Assembly (NCBI GenBank): GCA_002269645.1
Contig: NIVC01002401.1
Location: 1 to 57,082, forward strand
Reading direction: 5' to 3'
Length of the DNA: 57,082 bases
From: Macrostomum lignano
Lineage: Eukaryota
The notes beneath the pieces were generated by a model. It was not told the DNA's origin and made no database searches. It saw only the letters and a program-made list of their open reading frames with translations. Position numbers and translations under genes: made by a program. Shown here piece after piece: positions 1 through 10,100 of the stretch (positions are counted from its first letter, which is position 1; every line of letters starts with the position of its first letter).

Positions 1-1006
1 TCTAAACAGATACTCTCTTGCAGATACTCCCGAATTTCTCTGAATGCTTCTTGGAATCTCTTACTGTAAAATGATTTAAGGATATCTAAGAGCGATTTCT
101 AGTGAACACGTTTTGAAGCTTATAAGCTTTGAAGCTTCGTTAGCAAGCGAACGAGTGCAAGCTGCGAACAAGTTATCTTTTTTTCCCTAAATTTGCCCTA
201 TTTATACAAAAAATCGCTTATATTTATAACAAATTTTCCAACTCGAAAATATTTTGCAAATTAAAACAAACATATAATTTTCGCGTAATTTTAAAACTAG
301 AGTTTCTAAGAAATGATAACTGTTTCTACACTTTGCTTTAAAAAAGGCACGCTTTAGAGCGAACAACACGTAAGGCCTGGACGACAGCTAAGTGCAGCAC
401 GTGCAACTGTGCAGACCCCAAATGCATGGAATTATCCATTTGGTCTCTCGTCCGCAGATACAACCATATGCTGCTCCCTGCTGCCACTGCAAATGCCTGA
501 GGCTCACAATTTTAATGGCTCTGGAGCATTGAATTGGAATGTCAAAGCAAAGATAAAAGCGCCCAGCTTTCTGAGAGATAAATTAGGCTAGATAGAAGTA
601 GCTCGTAGCTACTAGTATAGAGAAGACTAGACATTTCTATTGTATCTCCTAAGCCTGCCACAACTCGGAGTGAATTAATTGCACACGATGCTCGTAAACA
701 GCAGTAAAATGAAATCTCGTGTTTCAGGCTTCACCAATATCATAATGCCGCAGGCATGCTTGCCCTAACTTTAGTCTAAATGGGTACTTGTCGTCTGCGA
801 TCGCATACCTACCTACGACAGACCATTTTTAGTATATGGATGGATACTTGTCTTCTGCGAATAGAGTGGGCAGGGGTTGAGTAGAGAGTTTGAGGTTTCA
901 CCCTCACGCTTCATCAACAGCTGCGGCCGCCGCACGTGTCTGTAGCGCACTTGTTTTTGAGCGAGACCAGCGTGCTCGTGTCAGCGAGGCCACGAGATGG
1001 AGCATC

Positions 1007-1012
1007 TATAAG
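1007..1012 (+). promoter_or_regulatory. Candidate TATA-like box of the F-type lectin gene
   Basis: TATAAG about 95 nt upstream of the signal-peptide ATG at 1105; position only, no TSS data. Confidence 0.3.
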
Positions 1013-1104
1013 AGACGCCTCATAAACTCAGAAATCGGAGCACGCTGCGCTCAGAAAAAGAGTTTTTCGAACCAAAGACTGACAAAAAGGCGAATTAAAG
1101 AGAC

Positions 1105-1165
1105 ATGCAGAGAGTCTTCAGGGCGCTTCTGCTGGTGTCGATTTTGTGCAGCTTCTCTGCCGCAA
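1105..1165 (+). CDS. Lectin exon 1, signal peptide MQRVFRALLLVSILCSFSAA
   Basis: ATG at 1105, basic N-terminus, hydrophobic core, SAA cleavage site, phase-1 donor GTGAGT at 1166 matching the phase of the domain exons. Confidence 0.8.
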
Positions 1166-4100
1166 GTGAGTTGCCACCCTTTGTTTTCTGTGCTCAATGT
1201 TTCTCAAGTAAACTTTGAATGGTGCCATGCAGTTAGCATGCTTAGCAGTACTTAGTGTCCTCCGTTATGACAAACATTTTCTGGCTGTCTGCATCTGTAT
1301 TTGGGAACTTTTATACGTAGTTGATAGCAAATTCAGAAAAGACAAGAGGTCAGCTGCCTCCCTGTGAGTGAACTAAAAACTAAGGGAGACTCTAAGCAAG
1401 TTGAAAAATATTTCTTTCCAAACAAAATATACCATCGCTGCAGAGTAGCATGATCCTTCTGGTACCAGCAGTGAAATCAGAAGACAGCTGCGGGGAATTC
1501 AGAGAATAATCAACAGGCTGGATCCCCGTTTTTCTGATGAGTGGCTGCGAACCCTTCAATTATTTTTTTGAAGCAATTACTGGCAACGGAAAGTGGCATT
1601 CAAAAATTAGTACTCACACAAGTCACATAACTTTTACTTACCAACAATTCTCCAGTTCGGCTGCCCCTGCAGGCATGCAGGCAAAGCTCCACGCACACTC
1701 CGTGCCATCGAGCCATCGACGGCAACACTAACCAGAAGTGGTCCGGCAACTCCTGCTCGCACACCAACATGCAGAACAAGCCGTGGTGGCAGGCCAACAC
1801 GCCCAGACTGGCGCACTTCCACACAGTCCGGATTTACAACCGCCTCTGCGGACCCGGCTGCTCGTCGCACCAGAACAACATTGTGATCAAGGTGGACGGC
1901 GTTCCTTGCGCCTCGTACCACTCGAGCCACTACTTCTCTGTCAAGACGTTCCATTGCAACCGAGTCGGGCAGATTCTGGAGATCCACAGCACTGTGCGGT
2001 CCTATCTGATGCTGTGCGAGGTGCAGGCATTCGGAAAATGGGCTTCACTGGCCCACACTGGACGTAAGCTTGCTTAAAATAAGCTTCTACCGCTGAGGGA
2101 TTAAAATATATTTCCAATTAGAAAATAAATTAACACGCATGTCTACAGGCTTACACTCGTAGCTTGCATATATTATTAGCCAAAATTGATTGGCATCTAC
2201 TATCATGCTAAGAGCTACAATACATCCACAAGTTTACATTTTGCACATTAGTACAGATGACTGCAAACACCGATTTCAGACCGAATACCGCTCAGTGACT
2301 GCAGACAGAGCTCAACTCACACACCCTGTCGAAGAGCCATCGACAATAACCTCAACCAGCATTGGTCCGGAAAGTCGTGTGCTCACACTAAGCGTCAGAA
2401 GAACCCATGGTGGCAGGCAAACACGAACCGTCTCGCTCACATCAAGCAGGTCCGAATCTACACTCGACTGTGCACTCCGCCTTGTAGGGTGTACTTTAGA
2501 CACATCGTCGTCAAGGTCGACGGCCACATCTGTGCCAGACACAAGGGCGTTGGACTCGGTTCGACAATCACTCTCAGCTGCAACAGGGTCGGGCAGATTG
2601 TAGAGATTCAGGCTATGGCAAAAAGAACGTACCTGATGTTGTGCGAAGTCCAGGTTTTCGGAACGTATGCTTCTCTGGCTCATAAAGGCGGTAAGTCACG
2701 CAATCCAGTCTATCATTTAGTACAGATTTTGCATTCTGATGCTAACAAGGATATTTTATGATGCATTCGTACCGAAACCATTTTAGCCAAACTGCCTCTG
2801 CAAGACTGCAGACAGAGCTCAACTCACACACCCTGTCGGAGAGCCATCGACAATAACCTCAACCAACACTGGCCTGGAAAGTCGTGTGCTCACACTAAGC
2901 GTCAGAAGAACCCATGGTGGCAGGCAAACACGAACCGGCTCGCGCACATCCAGCAGGTCCGAATCTACACTCGACTGTGCACTCCGCCTTGTAGGGTGTA
3001 CTTTAGACACATCGTCGTCAAGGTCGACGGCCACATCTGTGCCAGACACAAGGGCGTTGGACTCGGTTCGACAATCACTCTCAACTGCAACAGAGTCGGG
3101 CAGGTTGTAGAGATTCAGGCTATGGCAAAAAGAACGTACCTGATGTTGTGCGAAGTCCAGGTTTTCGGAACGTATGCTTCTCTGGCTCATAAAGGAAGTA
3201 AGACTACAGGGCATGAATACGCACATGGTTATTTCTCCATCGAATTCGATCGTACAATCATGTCGCCATTAGGAGCGAAACTATACGATAAAACTTTCCC
3301 AATCTAGGTATGCTGCCCTTACAAGAGTGCAGGCAGAGTTCAACGCACACGCCATGTCGGAGAGCCATTGATAACAACCTGAACCAACACTGGCCTGGAA
3401 AGTCCTGCTCGCACACGAAGATGCAGAAAGGCCCGTGGTGGCAGGCGAGCACAAACCGATTGGCTCACATCAGACAGGTGCGAATCTACGCTCGGCTCTG
3501 CGGACCAGTGTGCTCCAGATACCTGAAGGACCTAATCATCAAGGTTGATGGGCACGTTTGTGCCAGATACACATCGACGAAGGGCTACCTCTCGACCCAC
3601 ACGTTCGAGTGCAACAGAGTTGGCCAGGTAGTCGAAATTCGGTCTCGAGCGAAGACCTATCTGATGCTGTGTGAGGTTCAGGTTTTCGGAAACTACGCCT
3701 CGTTAGCACACAAAGGACGTAAGTTTTTTTTTACAGAGGTGGCAGTTTTAGGCATACTCTGACAAAATTACATGTTCGACCGACATTACATGTTACCGAC
3801 AGATTATCGAAAATATGTTTTGCAGGTCTGCTGCCACTTCAAGACTGCAGACAGAGCTCAACTCACACACCCTGTCGAAGAGCCATCGACAATAACTTCA
3901 GCCAGTATTGGTCCGGAAAGTCGTGTGCTCACACTAAGCGTCAGAAGAACCCATGGTGGCAGGCAAACACGAACCGTCTCGCTCACATCAAGCAGGTCCG
4001 AATCTACACTCGACTGTGCACTCCGCCTTGTAGGGTGAACTTTAGACACATCGTCGTCAAGGTCGACGGCCACATCTGTGCCAGACACAAGGGCGTTGGA

Positions 4101-7100
4101 CTCGGTTCGACAATCACTCTCAGCTGCAACAGAGTCGGGCAGGTTGTAGAGATTCAGGCTATGGCAAAAAGAACGTACCTGATGTTGTGCGAAGTCCAGG
4201 TTTTCGGAACGTATGCTTCTCTGGCTCATAAAGGAGGTAGGATTTTGAGAGTATCTATTTAGCTTTTCTGTTTGATATTTGGGGTAAGATCGGAGTAAAA
4301 GTGCTAGTAGAACTAAACAAATAGACAGTCAATTCAAGTAGTAATGTTTCTTTTGATTAGAAAGAAGATGGAGTTGCAAAAAGCGAATTGTATGAATGAG
4401 AATATCTGTCTAATATCCTTTAGTGACCAGCCAGACACAAAGAGACACATTGAGACAATTGGCGAGCAAGGCGAGCAACGCGCGGGAGGCGCACAGCGAA
4501 AAAGCGACCTCCAAACCCAAAGCGAGCAAGCGAACAAAAGCAGAAGGCTGGGAGCTAAAACAAAGCAGAGACACCACCGGCAAAAGTTACAGCAGCCACC
4601 GCTGCCTGGTGAAACTGGGGGAGATAACGCTGCACAGCCTCACTTTTCCAATCACCAATGCGCATGATATCAGACACTGGGAGGCCTAGCACAGACGCCC
4701 AGGTAGCTCCTCCTCGTCGCAGACTGTGCGCGGAGTAAGAGCCAGCTGCAGCCTGTCGGTCTCGTCAACTAGTCGTCGCATCTCCGTCAGCATTGTAGGT
4801 GACACAGGCCGCTTTCGGTTCACGCGCAGTCCGAGGACCCGTTTAGCGCCGCGTAGGAGAAGAACCGCTGAAGCGTGATTAGTCAGGTCCGGCGACGAGT
4901 TAATTCGGAACCAGAGCGACAGAGAGCTGTAGACTGCCGAAATGCTGCTGTAGGCATGTAGCCGTGTGCCGATCAGACTGGCCAAATAGTTCAGCAGGCT
5001 CGTGACGTTGCAGGACACTGGATCGCAGCCGGTATGGCGGCAGAACTCCCGCCACTCACGGACGTGTCTGTTGACTGCCTGCGCCGACCTTGGTGCGTAC
5101 GCAGCGCTCAGCAGCGATGTGGCGCGGCTGCTAAGAGAGTCTGACGCAGCTGGGCGGCCTGAAAATGAAGAAAGGAGGCGGTCGCCAAGCCAAAAGCATG
5201 CTGATGCAGTGATTGTAGAATGCTTGGGCAAATAAAACCATAACAGCGGAGTAAAAAGTTTAACAGCTGGCCTCGCTCATGCAACCGCGAGGCAGCGTCA
5301 GCAAAAATTTAAAAATCACCAGGCACATGAAACGCGCGAATGCTCATCCCAAAATGCAAACACACCAGAGCCACCGTCTACAGCAGCCGCTGCAACGCAG
5401 GACACTTTGAAACGCCTTTGTTGATGATGTGACAGGCCGTCTGGTTGTCGCAGTAGATGCTCACCTTGCAACCTTTGAGCACATCCCTCCACCTCATCAC
5501 TGCCAGCAGAGAGACCAACGCTTCCTTGTAGTTGATCGGCAGGTTCGCGAAGACTGATCCTGCATCCTTCTCCCAGTCCAGGTAGCACCAGTCAAACAGA
5601 CCATCCTGGTCACGCAGCAGCGCCGCACCACCTCTGCCTCACGCATCGGACTCCATCGCCACAACTCGATTGTAGCTCGGCCACAGCTGCACCCATCGGC
5701 ACGCCTGTAACGCCACCTTCCACCAATTCAGCTGACTGCGTAACCCGGAGTCGACCAGCGTTCGCTGTCCGCGCCGTAAGGTGTTGCACCGCTCAATCAG
5801 CTCACGCAAGAAGGTCCTTCCGCAACTGATGACCTGAGCTGCCCACCCCAACTTGCCAATGATCTGTTGGAGGGCCCACTGACTAATCCTCACCTTGGCT
5901 GACTCGGAACCAACCAGGTTGATCAACTTCTTTGCCTTCTCATCCGGCAGCTTCTTGATTCCTTCCACAGTGTCGAACTCAATTCCAAGGAATGACATCC
6001 GCTGCGCCGGCAGCTGGCACTTGGCCGGATTGACGGTGAATCCCAGCCGAGTCAGCAAGTCAATCAGATCGACGTAGAAGCGCTGGCAGTTCTCCTGCGT
6101 CCCGCAGTAGGCAAAGTCGTCCAGGTAAGACTCGGTGTTGATGAAGCCTCTGCGCACCATCATCAGATGAATCGCATTGCTCAGGCGTTGAAAGCACGTG
6201 ACCGAGGCTGCCGCCCCGAACGGCAGGCGCGTATCAAACATGTAGGTGGGAGTGGCGCAGCCAGGAAACTTGAACTTGAGACCGGTGTTGACGAATTCTC
6301 CTGGGTGCACTCCACATGCGCGGTATGCTTCACTCCGGTCAACTTTAGTCATGTAGCAGCCTCTCGTTAACTTTCTTGCGAAGTTTTCAGCGCTTGAAAA
6401 TCGCAACTTCTCATTGCTCTCCCAGTGCGCGTTCACCGACAGATTGTCCGGCCGACTGCAATCGTGAATTAGGCGTACCCGACCGTCATCCTTCGGCAGG
6501 GCACCCAGCGCACTCACAATCCGAGGCCGCCACTTATCCGAGCACCGACGGTAGCGGTCAAGGCGAATTTCTCTCAGAATTTGCATTTGAACAGCTTCAG
6601 CGTAAACATTCACAGACTCGTAGTTGCTGACCTCGACAGACTTCAGGTTTTCTCGCTGCACATTCGTAATCCGAAATCCCTCAGACACACCATCAAGAAT
6701 AAACTGCTTTCTGTCCAGCGGCAGATCAATCGACTCCAACTCTTCCATCCAAGCCTCCAGCTTTAGGTCGGTTGATAAAACAGAGGAAGTTAAAACAGGA
6801 TCGACGCGCAGTCAGTGCAGAGGCCTGCTCACCTCAGCACCGTCATCCCTGTGCGCCATCGCCGCTGAGTGGCCAAGTCCACAACGCCGGCACCGATGAG
6901 CGAAACGGCAGTTCCGCCTTGAGCATCCAGCTTCCTTGTTGAAATCAAAGCAGGGTGGCTGCAGGCTTTGTCTTTGCACCCGGTCAACTCTGGCAGTCGG
7001 TGCACTCTGTGGGGCCATCAGGTAGGTGGCAACTCGACCAAGGTCGGATCCGCGCGACTCTCATGACGTCTCGCCATCTTCACTCAGTCTTCACTCGTCA

Positions 7101-10100
7101 TTAAACCTCATGACTCGAGCCTTGTCAAACCCGAGGTCAAACAGCTCGCCAATGCGCGCAGTGTAGCGCAGATAGTCACGCAACTCTGACACATCAGGCT
7201 GGCCGCCCAGCCCGCTCTTCACCAACCTGCCATCATCCAGCAACTTCAGAATGATTCGAGCATTCGCCGAGATCCAGTCTCCAAACGTCAGCGAGTCAAC
7301 AACAGCTTCCTTCACTCTGAAGGTGACTCTCCCTGATTTGTCAATGGACTGAGTCACTCCTGCTTCCTGCTGCTTCCGCTTGTTAATAAACTCAGGGATT
7401 CGGTACACCTTGCCTACAAACCGACTGGGCTCTTGCTGGGCAGCATCTTCATCGTCAGACCACAGGTTAATGAGCAACTCACCGGGATTCTTTGACGTCG
7501 CAGGCCTTCGCTGAAGTTGGCTGACTTCCGCCTGAAGCAGAGCGGCCTCCTTGCGTAGCTTTAGCAGTCGGAGCTGCTTCTCAGCCTCCACCAGCTCGTC
7601 GTCCAGGCCGCCAGCCGCGTCAGACTCTTGACCATGTTGTACCGAATCGTTCGCGATAGAAGGCAGTTGCCTCTCCGCCATAGCGCCGTTTCTTCTTTTA
7701 CGCGTCGTCACTGCGGCAGCTTCATCTTGCTCCTCGTCCTCGTCGTCCGCATTCTCAAAGTCGGAGGCGATGCCCTCGAGGTGCGCCCTCAGCCGCATTA
7801 AAAGTTCACATTTTTTGCCTTGTGTTGAAAGCCCTAGGCTCTGAAGCTTCTCACGTAGCGCCCTTACAGTGCTAGGCGCTTCGGGTGCAACTGGCTCGTT
7901 AGGGTTTGGCATGATTGTGCAAAAAAAACATTTGCTGGCTGTCTGCATCTGTATTTGGGAACTTTTATACGTAGTTGATAGCAAATTCAGAAAAGGCAAG
8001 AGGTCAGCTGCCTCCCTGTGAGTGAACTAAAAACTAAGGGAGACTCTAAGCAAGTTGAAAAATATTTCTTTCCAAACAAAATATACCATCGCTGCAGAGT
8101 AGCATGATCCTTCTGGTACCAGCAGTGAAATCAGAGGACAGCTGCGGGGAATTCAGAGAATAATCAACAGGCTGGATCCCCGTTTTTCTGATGAGTGGCT
8201 GCGAACCCTTCAATTATTTTTTTGAAGCAATTACTGGCAACGGAAAGTGGCATTCAAAAATTAGTACTCACACAACTCATAACTTTTACTTACCAACAAT
8301 ACTCCAGTTCGGCTGCCCCTGCAGGCATGCAGGCAAAGCTCCACGCACACTCCGTGCCATCGAGCCATCGACGGCAACACTAACCAGAAGTGGTCCGGCA
8401 ACTCCTGCTCGCACACCAACATGCAGAACAAGCCGTGGTGGCAGGCCAACACGCCCAGACTGGCGCACTTCCACACAGTCCGGATTTACAACCGCCTCTG
8501 CGGACCCGGCTGCTCGTCGCACCAGAACAACATTGTGATCAAGGTGGACGGCGTTCCTTGCGCCTCGTACCACTCGAGCCACTACTTCTCTGTCAAGACG
8601 TTCCATTGCAACCGAGTCGGGCAGATTCTGGAGATCCACAGCACTGTGCGGTCCTATCTGATGCTGTGCGAGGTGCAGGCATTCGGAAAATGGGCTTCAA
8701 TGGCCCACACTGGACGTAAGCTTGCTTAAAATAAGCTTCGACCACTGAGGGATTAAAATATATTTCCAATTAGAAAATAAATTAACACGCATGTCTACAG
8801 GCTTACACTCGTAGCTTGCATATATTATTAGCCAAAATTGATTGGCATCTACTATCATGCTAAGAGCTACAATACATCCACAAGTTTACATTTTGCACAT
8901 TAGTACAGATGACTGCAAACACCGATTTCAGACCGAATACCGCTCAGTGACTGCAGACAGAGCTCAACTCACACACCCTGTCGAAGAGCCATCGACAATA
9001 ACCTCAACCAGCATTGGTCCGGAAAGTCGTGTGCTCACACTCAGCTTCAGAAGAACCCATGGTGGCAGGCAAACACGAACCAGCTCGCGCATATCAAGCA
9101 GGTCCGAATCTACACTCGACTGTGCACTCCGCCTTGTAGGGTGTACTTTAGAAACATCGTCGTTAAGGTCGACGGCCGCGTCTGTGCCAGACACAAGGGC
9201 GTTGGACTCGGTTCGACAATCACTCTCAACTGCGACAGGGTCGGGCAGGTTGTAGAGATTCAGGCTATGGCAAAAAGAACGTACCTGATGTTGTGCGAAG
9301 TCCAGGTTTTCGGAACGTATGCTTCTCTGGCTCATAAAGGAAGTAAGACTACAGGGCATGAATACACACATGGTTATTTCTCCATCGAATTCGCTCGTAC
9401 CATCATGTCGCCATTAGGAGCGAAACTATACGATAAAACTTTCCCAATCTAGGTATGCTGCCCTTACAAGAGTGCAGGCAGAGTTCAACGCACACGCCAT
9501 GTCGGAGAGCCATTGATAACAACCTGAACCAACACTGGCCTGGAAAGTCCTGCTCGCACACGAAGATGCAGAAAGGCCCGTGGTGGCAGGCGAGCACAAA
9601 CCGATTGGCTCACATCAGACAGGTGCGAATCTACGCTCGGCTCTGCGGACCAGTGTGCTCCAGATACCTGAAGGACCTAATCATCAAGGTTGATGGGCAC
9701 GTTTGTGCCAGATACACATCGACGAAGGGCTACCTCTCGACCCACACGTTCGAGTGCAACAGAGTTGGCCAGGTAGTCGAAATTCGGTCTCGAGCGAAGA
9801 CCTATCTGATGCTGTGTGAGGTTCAGGTTTTCGGAAACTACGCCTCGTTAGCACACAAAGGACGTAAGTTGTTTTTTTACAGCAAATTATTTCTTTAAAG
9901 AGGTGGCAATTTTAGGCATACTCTGACAAAATTACATGTTCTACCGACATTACATGTTACCGACAGATTATCGAAAATATGTTTTGCAGGTCTGCTGCCA
10001 CTTCAAGACTGCAGACAGAGCTCAACTCATGCACCCTGTCGAAGAGCCATCGACAATAACTTCAGCCAGTATTGGTCTGGAAAGTCGTGTGCTCACACTC

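Larger units (their letters stand above)
1272..4420 (+). repeat. Tandem segmental duplication, copy 1 (intron 1 to intron 6 of the lectin; 5 domain exons)
   Basis: Near-identical to 7926-10586 including introns; offsets 6652-6654, 6145 and 6164-6166. Confidence 0.92.
4421..7925 (-). mobile_element. Decayed tyrosine-recombinase retrotransposon (DIRS order, Ngaro-like), antisense in a lectin intron
   Basis: Order gag, RT (YLDDF), RNase H, overlapping tyrosine recombinase. No methyltransferase domain between RNase H and YR, which fits Ngaro rather than DIRS1. Ends are defined by where similarity between the two duplication copies stops and resumes. Confidence 0.88.

Noticed and set aside
597-617. 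Hairpin AGTAGCT-CGT-AGCTACT followed by CTAGT as a Helitron 3' end
   Set aside because: CTAG overlaps the stem instead of lying about 10 nt downstream, the stem is not GC-rich, and no 5' TC end was identified.
890-1255. 121 aa plus-strand ORF
   Set aside because: Starts at TTG, overlaps the promoter and the better supported signal-peptide exon in another frame, and has no domain.
1534-1580. CTGATGA...GAAC plus hairpin as a hammerhead ribozyme (also 8188 and minus strand near 47560)
   Set aside because: GAAA and the U-H cleavage site are missing, and stems I and II do not form properly.
1600-4229. Antisense and alternative-frame ORFs over the lectin exons (and their duplicates at 8261-10393)
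   Set aside because: Shadows of GC-rich coding exons; they recur only because the exons are duplicated.
4411-4430. Conventional short target-site duplication or terminal repeats for the Ngaro-like element
   Set aside because: Flanks ATATCCTT and AAACATTT do not match. No split direct or inverted terminal repeat was found, and the 5' end looks truncated.
6812-6814. Programmed TGA readthrough between gag and pol as an established feature
   Set aside because: Five other stops and a recombinase deletion show the copy is decayed, so this stop cannot be interpreted without a consensus.
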